Below, in pieces: positions 30,454 through 41,226 of a stretch of DNA of 64,000 nucleotides. Under the pieces are notes generated by a model that worked only from the letters and a program-made list of their open reading frames with translations, had not been told where the DNA came from and searched no databases. The DNA is taken from assembly GCA_035379625.1 (NCBI GenBank), contig DAOSVM010000004.1, positions 6,706-70,705 of the forward strand. The letters are read 5' to 3'. This stretch comes from Ignavibacteriales bacterium. Lineage in GTDB: Bacteria; Bacteroidota; Ignavibacteria; Ignavibacteriales; DAOSCP01. Within the stretch, counting starts at the first letter, position 1. Each line of letters begins with the position of its first letter. The translations under genes were made by a program, and so were the position numbers.

Positions 30454-33400
30454 ATGTTTATAACAGTATATGCAAGAATTCTTAGTGATGAAAACAATTT
30501 TTATGACTTTGAAATAATCAATTATAATAATAGCTTATTTGAATATTTTAAAATAGAATTTAAAGACGAATTATTGTTAGGAAGTAAAATTTTAAAAGAT
30601 TTTTATAAAGATATTTATGATATTATTTTAGAGGCATTTAAAGTTTCAAAAGAAATTGAAAGAATTATCAAAAGAGAAGAAGGTATTTTTCTAAGCTTAA
30701 AAATTATACCTTATAAAGATAGTTATTTTAATTTGTTTATTTCTGAAATTAAAGATAACTATTCATTTAAAGAAATTGATAACTTTCATCTATTAAATTA
30801 TATTAAAGATTTTATTTTAATTCTCGATTTTTATGGTAATATAGTTTTTGCAAATCAAATGTTTTGTGATTCTGTTGGTTATCAATCAAATGAATTCACA
30901 ACTTATAACATTAAAAATTTAATCCATAATAATTCTATACCATTTGATGAAGTAATAAGAACGGTAAAGCAGAATAAAAAAGCACATTATTTTTGGCAAT
31001 TTAAAAAGAAAAATCTTTCATATTCTTATTTTGACGCAAAATTAAGTGAGTTTGTCTATAATAACAATAAATATATTTTTTGTTATTTAACTGGTTTGAA
31101 TATTGAAAGCGAAATTTATAGAAATTTCGATATTATTTTTAATTCCATAACTACACCAATTTTAATTTGTAGAGTAAACGATTTAGAAATAATAGATTTC
31201 AATTCAGCTTTTGCAGAAGTATTTAATAAAAAATACAGTGAATTTAAATTCAAATTTTTATATGAAGTTGGGTTCTTTTCACAAGATGATTTAATATCTC
31301 TTATAAAACAAACAGTTCAAAAAGGCTATATAAGGAACTTCAAGGTAAAATTTACTAATAATAATGGGGAACAAAAAGTTTATCTTGTAGATACTTATAT
31401 GATATTTTTGTTGAGTTTTGAGAATATAATTATCACACTTCACGAGATAACAGAATTAGAAAACAAAAATGAAGAAATTGAAAAGCTTTATAAACAATCT
31501 GAAGTAATATTAAATAATAGTCCTGTAGGAATCGGATTGATTAAAAACAGAAAAATCTATTGGTGTAATCCTAAATTAGCTGAGATATATGGTTTTAATG
31601 ATACAAGTGAACTTGAAGGGAAAGATACAATTATTTTATATAATTCTCAAGAACAATTTGAAGAACTTGGTAAAAATATCTATAATGATTTATTAACAAG
31701 AGGATTTTATAAATCCGAATATAAATTAGTAAGAGGGGATAGACAAATTTGGTTGAATACACAGGCAATTTTAGTAAATAAAGATAATTTATCTGATGGA
31801 ATAATCATTATAGTTGATGATATAACAGAAACTAAAAATTTAATGCAAGATTTAGAAAATGCAAACCAAGCTAGAACACAATTTTTAGCAAATATGAGCC
31901 ATGAAATTAGAACTCCATTAAATGCTGTGATAGGTTTTTCAAAATTATTATTAGATACACCACATAATGAAACACAAAAAAAGTATTTAGAATATATTAA
32001 TGAATCGAGTGATTTACTCTTAAATATTGTAAATGATATTTTAGATTTATCAAAAATTGAAGCTGGTAAATTAGAACTTGAAATCAAAAAAAATGATATT
32101 GTAGAATGCTTTGAGAGCGTAATCGATATATTTAAATACTCTGCTTCCAAGAAAAATTTACAGTTAATGCTTGACTTGGACTATACAATGCCACAATATG
32201 CGTATTTTGACCTCGTAAGATTAAAACAAATTTTAATCAATTTACTTTCTAATGCAATTAAATTTACTGAAAAAGGCTTTATTAAATTAACTGCTTATTA
32301 TACCATAAATGAAGAAGATAAAAATTTCGCAACTTATCATATTGAATTACAAGATAGTGGTGTTGGAATATCAAAAGAAAAATTAGAGATTATTTTCAAA
32401 CCATTTATTCAAGCTGATACTTCGATAACTCGAAAATATGGTGGTACAGGATTAGGATTAACTATTTCTCAACTTTTAGCTGAAAAAATGGGAACATCAT
32501 TGAAATTACAATCCGAGGTTGGCAAAGGAACAACATTCTTTTTTGATATTAAATTAAAAGTTGAAAATAAGACAATTTTTGATAATTATAAAAAATTTAA
32601 TGATCAAGAAATTCTTATTATTGAAGATGGTGAAGACTTTTGCCACAAATTGGGAAATATACTAAATGAATTGAAACTTAAACCAACCATAAAAAATTTT
32701 AGTGATATAAATTATGATGAAATTAAAAAATATGATGGTGTAATTTTTACTTTTTGTGAAGAAGAATCGTTAAAAGATTTACTAAAATATTTCTCTAAAG
32801 AAAAATTAATTTTAAGATTAATAATTGATAGTGATAAGCAGAAAGAATACTTGGAAAATAATTATGGTATTAAATATTTTATCAGTTGTCCTTTAAAATT
32901 TGATTATCTTTATCAGGTTCTTTCCCAAATAATGACAAGTAGCATTCAAATTAGCAATAAAGATTATAGTTTAAATGATATAAATAATAACAACGTAGAA
33001 GTTAACAAAAAAATAAAAAAAATATTTATAGTTGAAGATGTTTTAATAAATAGAATTTTATTACTAAATTTATTAAAAAAGATTAGCGAAAATTTTGAAA
33101 TTATAGAAGCAGAAAATGGTTTAGAAGCTATAGAGAAGTATAAAAATAATGAATTTGATTTAATTTTTATGGATGTTCAAATGCCGATTATGGATGGTTT
33201 AGAAGCTACAAAAAAAATAAGAGAATATGAAAAAGAAAATAATAAAAAAGATACTCCAATAATAGCTTTATCTGCTGGGATATTGAAAAGTGAACAAGAA
33301 AGAGCCTTTAGTTCCGGAATGAGTGATTATCTACCTAAGCCCATAAATATTGATAAATTAAAAGAAATTATAAATAAGTATTTAAATAATGAAGAGCAAG

Positions 33401-33744
33401 AGAAAATATATTTTGATAAAAATGATTTTATAGCAAGATTTGGTTTTAATAAAGAATTATTGAAAAAATCTGCTTTAATGGTATTGAATGATATTCCTTC
33501 TAAAATATCTAATTTAAATTATTATATTAAAACCAAAGATTACAAATCAATACAGTTTATAGCTCATAGTATAAAAGGGAGTGCAGGGAATTTATCATTG
33601 AAAGCATTGTATGATAAGGCATTTGAGCTTGAAAAATTATCTTTAAATGAGAATACTGGTCATAATTTAGAGAATTATTATAATGAAATAGCGAATATAT
33701 GGACAAAAACTAAGTCATTTTTGGAAAAAGAAATATATGAATAA
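30454..33744 (+). CDS. Cytoplasmic hybrid sensor kinase (PAS x3, HisKA, HATPase, degenerate REC, REC, Hpt)
   Basis: FLANMSHEIRTPLN, NLLSNAIKFT, GGTGLGL, FDLIFMDVQMPIMDG, AHSIKGSAGNL. Confidence 0.93.
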   Translation: MFITVYARILSDENNFYDFEIINYNNSLFEYFKIEFKDELLLGSKILKDFYKDIYDIILEAFKVSKEIERIIKREEGIFLSLKIIPYKDSYFNLFISEIKDNYSFKEIDNFHLLNYIKDFILILDFYGNIVFANQMFCDSVGYQSNEFTTYNIKNLIHNNSIPFDEVIRTVKQNKKAHYFWQFKKKNLSYSYFDAKLSEFVYNNNKYIFCYLTGLNIESEIYRNFDIIFNSITTPILICRVNDLEIIDFNSAFAEVFNKKYSEFKFKFLYEVGFFSQDDLISLIKQTVQKGYIRNFKVKFTNNNGEQKVYLVDTYMIFLLSFENIIITLHEITELENKNEEIEKLYKQSEVILNNSPVGIGLIKNRKIYWCNPKLAEIYGFNDTSELEGKDTIILYNSQEQFEELGKNIYNDLLTRGFYKSEYKLVRGDRQIWLNTQAILVNKDNLSDGIIIIVDDITETKNLMQDLENANQARTQFLANMSHEIRTPLNAVIGFSKLLLDTPHNETQKKYLEYINESSDLLLNIVNDILDLSKIEAGKLELEIKKNDIVECFESVIDIFKYSASKKNLQLMLDLDYTMPQYAYFDLVRLKQILINLLSNAIKFTEKGFIKLTAYYTINEEDKNFATYHIELQDSGVGISKEKLEIIFKPFIQADTSITRKYGGTGLGLTISQLLAEKMGTSLKLQSEVGKGTTFFFDIKLKVENKTIFDNYKKFNDQEILIIEDGEDFCHKLGNILNELKLKPTIKNFSDINYDEIKKYDGVIFTFCEEESLKDLLKYFSKEKLILRLIIDSDKQKEYLENNYGIKYFISCPLKFDYLYQVLSQIMTSSIQISNKDYSLNDINNNNVEVNKKIKKIFIVEDVLINRILLLNLLKKISENFEIIEAENGLEAIEKYKNNEFDLIFMDVQMPIMDGLEATKKIREYEKENNKKDTPIIALSAGILKSEQERAFSSGMSDYLPKPINIDKLKEIINKYLNNEEQEKIYFDKNDFIARFGFNKELLKKSALMVLNDIPSKISNLNYYIKTKDYKSIQFIAHSIKGSAGNLSLKALYDKAFELEKLSLNENTGHNLENYYNEIANIWTKTKSFLEKEIYE

Positions 33745-34434
33745 TTATTGATAAATAATATTATTTATGCAACCATCTTTGATTTCAATTACTGAATGCC
33801 CAATATTCATAAGTTCTGGATTATGAGTTGCAATAATTAAAGTAATCTTTTTCTTTTGATTTAAAGCAATGAAGAGATTATTAATAATTTCAGCATTTTT
33901 GCTATCTAAGTTTCCGGTTGGCTCATCTGCAAGAATTATGTCAGGTTCGTTAATTATAGCTCTGGCAATAGCAACTCTTTGTTGCTCTCCACCAGAAAGT
34001 TCATTTGGCTTATTATTAAACCTATGAGATAAATTCAATTCATTTAACAGTTCTTTAGCTTTTTCAAATGCAACTTTAGGTTTTTCGCCCATAATCATAT
34101 GAGGAATAGCAACATTTTCAACTGAGGTAAATTCAGGTAGTAGATGGTGAAATTGAAATATGAAGCCAATGTGTTTATTCCTAAATATATTTAATTTAGC
34201 ATCGGATAATTTTGAAATATTTTCATTATTGAAATATATAATTCCCGAATCAGGTTTATCTATAGTTCCAAGTATATGTAATAGAGTACTTTTTCCAGCT
34301 CCAGAAGCCCCAACAAGTATATATATTTTTTCTTTTTTGAAATCTAATGATATATTTTTAAGCACAGATATTTTTTCATTTTTTTGTAAGTAAGATTTAT
34401 AAATATTTTTACAACTTAAAACAATATTTTCCAT
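33745..34434 (-). CDS. lolD: Lipoprotein-releasing ABC transporter ATPase
   Basis: [44 protein letters not shown]. Confidence 0.9.
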   Translation of the reverse strand: MENIVLSCKNIYKSYLQKNEKISVLKNISLDFKKEKIYILVGASGAGKSTLLHILGTIDKPDSGIIYFNNENISKLSDAKLNIFRNKHIGFIFQFHHLLPEFTSVENVAIPHMIMGEKPKVAFEKAKELLNELNLSHRFNNKPNELSGGEQQRVAIARAIINEPDIILADEPTGNLDSKNAEIINNLFIALNQKKKITLIIATHNPELMNIGHSVIEIKDGCINNIIYQ

Positions 34435-34436
34435 AT

Positions 34437-35633
34437 TTATTCCCATTTAATTGCGTCGATAATGTTGTTTTTATAAGCAATTTTTGCAGGATATATTGAT
34501 GCGATAAAAGACAAAAAAATTGAAGTTATACATATTAAAATTACCATGATAATATCAATCTGTATTGGCATAGCATCTATTAGAAATTTATTAGGATCAA
34601 GAGGATAGATTTTATAATTAATTTGAATATAACAAACAATTAAACCTAAAATTAAACCAACTGAAGTGCCAATAATTCCATTAAAAATACCTTGTAAATA
34701 AAAAATTCTTTTAGCTTGATTATTCGTTAGTCCGTATGTTTTCAAAATAGCAATATCTTTTTTCTTTTTTAGTACGGTCATCGTTAAAGATGCTAGAATA
34801 TTAAATGTTGCTACAAATATAATTAAAGTTAAAATAAAAAATGCAGCCCATTTTTCAAATTGCATCATTTTGTATAATTCTTTGTGAAGGTCGAACCAAG
34901 TTAATACGACTATATCATCGGGAAATTTTTGTAATAATAGATTTTTAATATCATCAGATTTACTAATATCCTTTAGCCATATTTCATAACCCTTAGGAGT
35001 ATCTGAGTCGACTAATTCAGCTATGGTTTCATAATTTGTATAGGCATATAATAAATCGTAATCTCTATTATGTGTTTCAAAAATATTAGCAACAATATAT
35101 TTGTTAGTTTTAGGAACTAAAGAAAAAATTGCTGCATTTCCAATTTCTTTGAATGAAGAAATTATAATTGTATCCCCTGGTAATGCTTCCAGACGAATTG
35201 CAAGTGGGACTCCAATTGAAATTTCGTTTCTATTTAAATTAATTTTTCCAGAAACAATAAAGTTTTTGTAACTTTTATTTCCTATGTTATCATAACCTTT
35301 TAAATTAACAATATAATACTTCCCATTCTTATAAATAATTGATTTTTGATCAATAAATTTTGTTGAAAAGGTTATAATATTATTAGATTTGATAAATTGG
35401 TAGACATCATCGGCAACATTTGAATTTTTAAAATTTATCATTATATGTGGATCAGCATTAATTAACATTTTTTGTACATAATTACCAAAACCATTAAATA
35501 CAGAGATAACAACAATTAAAGCCGCTACACCTATTGCAATACCAGCAGTGGATAGAAAAGAGATAATTTTGATAAAGCCATTTTTTTTACCATAGAAAAA
35601 ATATTTTGATGCAATATACAATTCAGGTTTCAT
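34437..35633 (-). CDS. lolE: Lipoprotein-releasing ABC transporter permease (LolC/E family)
   Basis: GIAIGVAALIVVISVFNGF, ATFNILASLTMTV, ASIYPA. Confidence 0.8.
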   Translation of the reverse strand: MKPELYIASKYFFYGKKNGFIKIISFLSTAGIAIGVAALIVVISVFNGFGNYVQKMLINADPHIMINFKNSNVADDVYQFIKSNNIITFSTKFIDQKSIIYKNGKYYIVNLKGYDNIGNKSYKNFIVSGKINLNRNEISIGVPLAIRLEALPGDTIIISSFKEIGNAAIFSLVPKTNKYIVANIFETHNRDYDLLYAYTNYETIAELVDSDTPKGYEIWLKDISKSDDIKNLLLQKFPDDIVVLTWFDLHKELYKMMQFEKWAAFFILTLIIFVATFNILASLTMTVLKKKKDIAILKTYGLTNNQAKRIFYLQGIFNGIIGTSVGLILGLIVCYIQINYKIYPLDPNKFLIDAMPIQIDIIMVILICITSIFLSFIASIYPAKIAYKNNIIDAIKWE

Positions 35634-35635
35634 AT

Positions 35636-36856
35636 TTACTCGAATTTTAGTGTATCTATTGGCTTAAGTAAAGTAATAATTTTTATTGGGAACAATGCAA
35701 AAATTAATGTTATTAAAAAGGCAATGCCTGAAACTAAAAGATAATTTGAAAATTTAATAACTATTGGAACGTGATCAATAAAATAAATTGATGCAGGAAT
35801 ATGAATTATTTTGTAAGTCATTTGTATATATGATAAAATAAAGGAAATTAAATTACCGATTAAAATACCAATTATGCCTACAAATAAGGCATATGAAATA
35901 AAAATTATATTCAAGGAAAAATTAGAAACGCCAATTATTTTTAAAACTGAAATATTGTTAGTTTTTACCAAAATATTGATTATTAGTGTGCTTATTATAT
36001 TAAAAATAGCTACAATAGTGATAAAGAAAATAATAATAGGAATAGGTTTTTTTTGAAATTCTATCCAAGTAAAAATATTTGAGTAAATTTGGTAGATATT
36101 TTTAGCATAATAAGGATAATTAAAATTGTTATTCATTAGTTTAGTAATATTATGGATATCGCTAAGATTTTTAATTTTTATATCAAATCCAGAAACTTCA
36201 TTTTTCATATCAAAAATTTCTTGAGCATTTTTTAAATTAGTATAGAAATAGTTGTTATCGAATTCTGAAATTCCAGTTTCAAAAATTCCTTTGACGAAAA
36301 AATTGAAAATAACAGGTGGATTTTCTATAGATGGTGGTTGATTACTTTTTAGGGAGATAATAGTAATTTTATCATTTAGCTTTATATTATATTTTTGAGC
36401 AATAGTATTACTAATGAGTAAAGGTGGGAAATAGGGATTGTAATTTACATCATATTTTCCATAAATGATAGAAGATTTTAATTCAGAATTATCCAACTCA
36501 TTTGAAATACCTTTTAGTAAAATTCCATCGTAATTTGATTTATACTTAAATACAGAATATTTTAGGGTATAAGGTGAAATTGAAGACAATTGATTGTAAT
36601 AAAGATATTTTTGAAAAATATTATCTGAGCTAAGATTTTTATTGCTAAAACCAGAAACGACAATATGAGAATTAAAAGAGAAGATTTTAGTCGTAATTTT
36701 AGAATCCAATCCATCAATAATAGCAAGGGTTAAATTTAGTGCGATAATTCCGATGGCTATACCTGCAATAGCAAAATAAGAGAAGAAAGCAAAGTTCTTA
36801 TTATTTTTGAAGGAAAAAAAGCCCTTGAAAATAATAGTTAATAATTTAATTTTCAT
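35636..36856 (-). CDS. lolC: Lipoprotein-releasing ABC transporter permease (LolC/E family)
   Basis: GIAIGIIAL, GIFETG, VAIFNIISTL; paralog of the adjacent permease. The C/E assignment is arbitrary. Confidence 0.72.
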   Translation of the reverse strand: MKIKLLTIIFKGFFSFKNNKNFAFFSYFAIAGIAIGIIALNLTLAIIDGLDSKITTKIFSFNSHIVVSGFSNKNLSSDNIFQKYLYYNQLSSISPYTLKYSVFKYKSNYDGILLKGISNELDNSELKSSIIYGKYDVNYNPYFPPLLISNTIAQKYNIKLNDKITIISLKSNQPPSIENPPVIFNFFVKGIFETGISEFDNNYFYTNLKNAQEIFDMKNEVSGFDIKIKNLSDIHNITKLMNNNFNYPYYAKNIYQIYSNIFTWIEFQKKPIPIIIFFITIVAIFNIISTLIINILVKTNNISVLKIIGVSNFSLNIIFISYALFVGIIGILIGNLISFILSYIQMTYKIIHIPASIYFIDHVPIVIKFSNYLLVSGIAFLITLIFALFPIKIITLLKPIDTLKFE

Positions 36857-36903
36857 GTAATTCCAGAAAAATTAAAAATTAAGGAAAAATATAAAAAAAT
36901 TAT

Positions 36904-36934
36904 TTGACAAAAACGAAAAAATATATTATATTTG
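36904..36934 (+). promoter_or_regulatory. tRNA operon promoter
   Basis: TTGACA-N17-TATATT(TG), 25 bp upstream of tRNA-Pro. Confidence 0.7.
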
Positions 36935-36959
36935 AATTCTAAATTTGAAAAAAAATAAA

Positions 36960-37034
36960 CGGGGCATAGCGTAGCCCGGTTAGCGCGCCTGCTTTGGGAG
37001 CAGGAAGTCGCAGGTTCAAATCCTGCTGCCCCGA
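36960..37034 (+). tRNA. tRNA-Pro(TGG)
   Basis: Acceptor CGGGGCA/TGCCCCG; anticodon arm CCTGC-TT-TGG-GA-GCAGG; GGTTCAAATCC T-arm. Confidence 0.97.
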
Positions 37035-37050
37035 CTTAAAATAAAATGAT

Positions 37051-37124
37051 GCGCCAATAGCTCAACTGGATAGAGCAACAGCCTTCTAAGCTGTGGGTTA
37101 GAGGTTCGAGTCCTCTTTGGCGTA
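37051..37124 (+). tRNA. tRNA-Arg(TCT)
   Basis: Acceptor GCGCCAA/TTGGCGT; ACAGC-CT-TCT-AA-GCTGT; GGTTCGAGTCC. Confidence 0.97.
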
Positions 37125-37134
37125 CTTATTAAAT

Positions 37135-37212
37135 GGTGGAATTAGCTCAGTTGGTTAGAGCATCAGATTGTGGCTCTGAGGGCCAAGGGTTCAAATCCCT
37201 TATTCCACCCCA
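37135..37212 (+). tRNA. tRNA-His(GTG)
   Basis: G-1 plus GTGGAAT/ATTCCAC, C discriminator, encoded CCA; TCAGA-TT-GTG-GC-TCTGA. Confidence 0.97.
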
Positions 37213-37234
37213 AAATTATAAAGTTTAAAAATCT

Positions 37235-37306
37235 GGCCCCATCGTCTAGTGGTTAGGACACGGCCCTTTCACGGCTGAAACAGCGGTTCAAATCCGCTTG
37301 GGGTCA
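37235..37306 (+). tRNA. tRNA-Glu(TTC) copy 1
   Basis: GGCCCCA/TGGGGTC acceptor; CGGCC-CT-TTC-AC-GGCTG; GGTTCAAATCC. Confidence 0.97.
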
Positions 37307-37313
37307 CTTAAAG

Positions 37314-37342
37314 AAATAGCTGAATTAACAGCTATTTTTTTT
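37314..37342 (+). terminator. Intrinsic terminator after tRNA-Glu copy 1
   Basis: AAATAGCTG-aattaa-CAGCTATTT plus T-run. Confidence 0.8.
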
Positions 37343-37375
37343 GTCCTGTCAATTCGATAAAAATCTTTACAATCT

Positions 37376-37447
37376 GGCCCCATCGTCTAGTGGTTAGGAC
37401 ACGGCCCTTTCACGGCTGAAACAGCGGTTCAAATCCGCTTGGGGTCA
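37376..37447 (+). tRNA. tRNA-Glu(TTC) copy 2 (identical)
   Basis: Identical to 37235-37306. Confidence 0.97.
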
Positions 37448-37586
37448 CTTATTCAAGTCAAATCTTTTTTATCGTTTTTTTATATGTTTCTTTATCCTTT
37501 TTTTGAAAATAATAATAAAATTTAATAAATTTTTTTTTATTTAAAATTTTTTTTATTTTTGAAGTCGGATAATTTAGTGAGTTAGT

Positions 37587-37967
37587 ATGGAACAAAATTC
37601 TCATGTTATGATAACAGAATTTGGAAAAATTTTTCTGTTTATGGTAATGGCTGTGATTCTTGTCGTTGGTGGTATTATAACAGCCTATCTTATAAGACCT
37701 TCAAGAAAAACATACGAAAAGCAGCTGACCTATGAATGCGGGGAAGATCCTGTAGGCTCGCCATGGAATAAATTTAATATTCGTTTTTATGTAACAGCTT
37801 TAATATTTTTAATTTTTGATGTAGAAGTTGTTTTAATGTTTCCTTGGGCAATTACTTTTAAAAATTTCGGTATATACGGATTGTTGGTAGGATTGATTTT
37901 TATTGTTGTTTTAGGTGTTGGCATGGCGTATGAAATTGTGAAAGGTGATATTAACTGGGATAAATAA
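37587..37967 (+). CDS. nuoA: NADH-quinone oxidoreductase subunit A
   Basis: TYECGEDP, FLIFDVEVV. Confidence 0.96.
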   Translation: MEQNSHVMITEFGKIFLFMVMAVILVVGGIITAYLIRPSRKTYEKQLTYECGEDPVGSPWNKFNIRFYVTALIFLIFDVEVVLMFPWAITFKNFGIYGLLVGLIFIVVLGVGMAYEIVKGDINWDK

Positions 37968-37982
37968 AACAAAGGATAAACT

Positions 37983-38483
37983 ATGGGGTTGTTAGATAAA
38001 GAATTTAATGATGGGAGTTTTCTATTAACAACAACTGAAAATTTGCTTAATTGGGGACGTTTATCTTCATTATGGCAGATGACATTTGGTTTAGCTTGCT
38101 GTGCTATTGAAATGATGGCAACTAGTGCATCACATTATGATTTTGATAGGTTTGGTGTTATACCACGTCCTTCACCAAGACAAGCAGATTTAATAATTGT
38201 TTCCGGAACTGCTACATTAAAAATGGCGCTAAGAATAAAAAGAGTATATGAACAGATGCCAGAACCTAAATATGTAATTTCTATGGGAAGCTGTTCGAAC
38301 AGTGGTGGTCCTTATTGGAAACATGGTTATCATGTTCTAAAAGGAATAGATAGAGTAATACCAGTAGATGTTTATGTACCTGGTTGCCCTCCAAGGCCTG
38401 AAGCATTACTTGAAGGGTTATTAAAATTACAAGAAAAAATAAGAAAAGAAACATTGGTAAGAAAATCATATGAAAACAATTAA
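37983..38483 (+). CDS. nuoB: NADH-quinone oxidoreductase subunit B
   Basis: [24 protein letters not shown]. Confidence 0.97.
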   Translation: MGLLDKEFNDGSFLLTTTENLLNWGRLSSLWQMTFGLACCAIEMMATSASHYDFDRFGVIPRPSPRQADLIIVSGTATLKMALRIKRVYEQMPEPKYVISMGSCSNSGGPYWKHGYHVLKGIDRVIPVDVYVPGCPPRPEALLEGLLKLQEKIRKETLVRKSYENN

Positions 38484-38991
38484 TGAATTCTTCGAAGTAT
38501 TAAAAAATAATTTTAATGATGCAGTTGTTGAATTAAAAGAAGATATCGATTCATATATTGTTGTTAAAGCTGATTCAATTGACAAAATTGCAGAGTTTAT
38601 AAAAACAAATAATGATTTCAAATTCGATTTTTGCACTTGTGTTAGTGGTGTTGATGATGCTAATGGAACTAAAAATACAGATGAAAATGGTAATGTTGTT
38701 ATAAATGGTGGTACAATGAGTGTATTTTATCATTTTAATAGATTAGTAGATGATGCTAAAATAATTTTCAGGGTATATGTTGAGAGGGAAAATCCTGTAG
38801 TTAATAGTATTGCTATGATTTATAGAGCAGCTGATTGGCACGAAAGAGAAATATTTGATTTATTTGGAATTAATTTTACAAATCATCCTGATTTGCGAAG
38901 AATTTTAATGCCTTATGATTGGGAAGGCCATCCATTAAGAAAAGATTATAAAAACCCAGAATTTTATCAAGGAATTAGAGTAGCTTATTAA
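38470..38991 (+). CDS. nuoC: NADH-quinone oxidoreductase subunit C
   Basis: [30 protein letters not shown]. Confidence 0.96.
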   Translation: MKTINEFFEVLKNNFNDAVVELKEDIDSYIVVKADSIDKIAEFIKTNNDFKFDFCTCVSGVDDANGTKNTDENGNVVINGGTMSVFYHFNRLVDDAKIIFRVYVERENPVVNSIAMIYRAADWHEREIFDLFGINFTNHPDLRRILMPYDWEGHPLRKDYKNPEFYQGIRVAY

Positions 38992-39017
38992 TTTAAAAAT
39001 TAATAGTAAGAAAAAAT

Positions 39018-40133
39018 ATGTCTTTAAAAACAGAAGAATTAGTATTAAATATGGGCCCTCAACACCCTTCAACTCATGGTGTTTTGAGATTAGAGTTGTT
39101 GGTCGATGGGGAAATTGTCAAAAACGTTATACCACATTTAGGTTATTTACATCGTTGTTTCGAAAAACATACTGAAGCATTACAATATTTTCAAATTGTA
39201 CCTTATACAGATAGATTAGACTATCTTGCATCGATGGGAAATAATTTTGGTTATGTTTTGACAATTGAAAAATTGTTAAAAATTGAAGTTCCAGAAAGAG
39301 TTGAATATATACGAGTTATAACAGCTGAATTACAACGTATCGCATCACACCTTGTAGCTATTGGAACTTTTGGTATTGATGTTGGAGCATTTACACCATT
39401 CCTTTTCTGCTTTAGAGATAGAGAGATAATATTAAATCTATTTGAAGAAATCACTGGTGCACGATTCTTATATAATTTTATGGCTGTTGGTGGTTTGAAT
39501 TACGATTTATCTAATGGTTGGGTAGATAAAGTAAAAGATTTCATAAAATATTTCCGCCCAAAATTAAAAGAGCTTAATGACCTATTGTCTTTTAATAAAA
39601 TTTTTATAGAAAGAACAGCAAGTGTTGGTATTTTGCCAGCAGATATGGCTATAAATTATGGTGTTAGTGGGCCGATGTTAAGAGCATCAGGTGTAAAATA
39701 TGACATTAGAAAAAATGATCCATATTCAATATATAATAGATTTGATTTTGATATTCCAGTAGGTCAGGGATTACAAGGAACAGTAGGCGATACTTGGGAT
39801 AGATATTGGGTTAGAGTTTTAGAAATTGAAGAAAGTTTAAAAATTGTTGAACAAGCAATTGAACAAATTCCTGAAGGTGATGTTAAAGCTGCTATTCCTA
39901 AAAAAATAAAGCCACCTGTAGGTACAGCATATGGACGAGTTGAAAATCCAAGAGGAGAACTGGGCTTTTTTGTTGTTAGTGATGGTGGAAATAATCCATT
40001 TAGAGTAAAAGTAAGACCACCTTCATTCTGTAACTTAAGTGTGATTAATGAAATTTGTAAAAATAATCTTGTCTCAGACGTTGTTGCTATTCTTGGTAGC
40101 ACAGATATAGTTCTCGGCGAAGTTGATAGATAA
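39018..40133 (+). CDS. nuoD: NADH-quinone oxidoreductase subunit D
   Basis: NMGPQHPSTHGVLRL, GYLHR, ENPRGE, DIVLGEVDR. Confidence 0.97.
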   Translation: MSLKTEELVLNMGPQHPSTHGVLRLELLVDGEIVKNVIPHLGYLHRCFEKHTEALQYFQIVPYTDRLDYLASMGNNFGYVLTIEKLLKIEVPERVEYIRVITAELQRIASHLVAIGTFGIDVGAFTPFLFCFRDREIILNLFEEITGARFLYNFMAVGGLNYDLSNGWVDKVKDFIKYFRPKLKELNDLLSFNKIFIERTASVGILPADMAINYGVSGPMLRASGVKYDIRKNDPYSIYNRFDFDIPVGQGLQGTVGDTWDRYWVRVLEIEESLKIVEQAIEQIPEGDVKAAIPKKIKPPVGTAYGRVENPRGELGFFVVSDGGNNPFRVKVRPPSFCNLSVINEICKNNLVSDVVAILGSTDIVLGEVDR

Positions 40134-40157
40134 TTTCAAACAAACTAATAATGAATT

Positions 40158-41213
40158 ATGAATAATTTAGTACAAGAAATAATTGTAAATTTATTACTTG
40201 CAGCCGCTCCATTATTTTTATGGATATTGCCATATGCATTATTGGCTGTTTATTTAGAAAGAAAGATATCGGGGTTTATGCAAGATAGACTTGGTCCGAT
40301 GAGAGTTGGTAAATGGGGTTTATTGCAATCATTAGCTGATATTGTAAAATTATTACAAAAAGAAGATATAATGGCAGATGCTGTAGACAAAAAATTATTT
40401 AATTTAGCACCGCTATTAGTTTTTATAGGTAGTTATGCAGCATTTGCAACAATACCTTTTAGTAGTATTTATATTGGTTCCAATATTGATTTAGGAGTTT
40501 TCTTTGTAACTGCTATTTCTGCACTTGTGGTTGCAGGTTTATTATTAGGTGCATGGGCTTCTAATAATAAGTATTCATTATATGGTGGTATGAGAACAGC
40601 TGCCCAAATTGTAAGTTATGAAATTCCAACAGCAATTGTTATTTTGTCTGTGGTAATAATAGCAGGGACATTTAATCTTAAAGAGATGAGTGAGCAACAA
40701 ACAGCAAATATTTTTAATTGGTATATTTTTGGTGGTCCAGAATTAGGTTTGAAGAAATTTATTCTAATACCATTTATGTTGGTTGGAACGGTGATATATT
40801 TTATAAGCTCATTGGCAGAAGTAAATAGAACTCCATTCGATATTCCTGAAGCTGAATCAGAAATTATTGGTGGTTATCATACCGAGTATAGTGGGATGAA
40901 ATTTGCATTTTTCTTTTTGGCAGAATATGCAAATATGTTTGCTGTTTCAGCTATAATTACTATTTTATTCTTTGGTGGTTATCAATCTCCATTTGGATAC
41001 TTGGGAAATTTATTAAATATAAAATGGTTAGTTGGTGTAGAGCAAATATTTTGGTTCTTATTCAAAGGTTTATTATTTGTTTTTGTACAAATGTGGTTAA
41101 GGTGGACACTTCCAAGATTACGTATTGACCAATTAATGGTTACATGTTGGAAATATTTAATTCCAATTTCGCTAGTAAATTTAATAATTATCGCTTTTAT
41201 ATCACTATTATAA
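40158..41213 (+). CDS. nuoH: NADH-quinone oxidoreductase subunit H
   Basis: ERK...QDRLGP, NRTPFDIPEAESE, TLPRLRIDQL. Confidence 0.97.
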   Translation: MNNLVQEIIVNLLLAAAPLFLWILPYALLAVYLERKISGFMQDRLGPMRVGKWGLLQSLADIVKLLQKEDIMADAVDKKLFNLAPLLVFIGSYAAFATIPFSSIYIGSNIDLGVFFVTAISALVVAGLLLGAWASNNKYSLYGGMRTAAQIVSYEIPTAIVILSVVIIAGTFNLKEMSEQQTANIFNWYIFGGPELGLKKFILIPFMLVGTVIYFISSLAEVNRTPFDIPEAESEIIGGYHTEYSGMKFAFFFLAEYANMFAVSAIITILFFGGYQSPFGYLGNLLNIKWLVGVEQIFWFLFKGLLFVFVQMWLRWTLPRLRIDQLMVTCWKYLIPISLVNLIIIAFISLL

Positions 41214-41226
41214 GAAGGCGTTTAAT

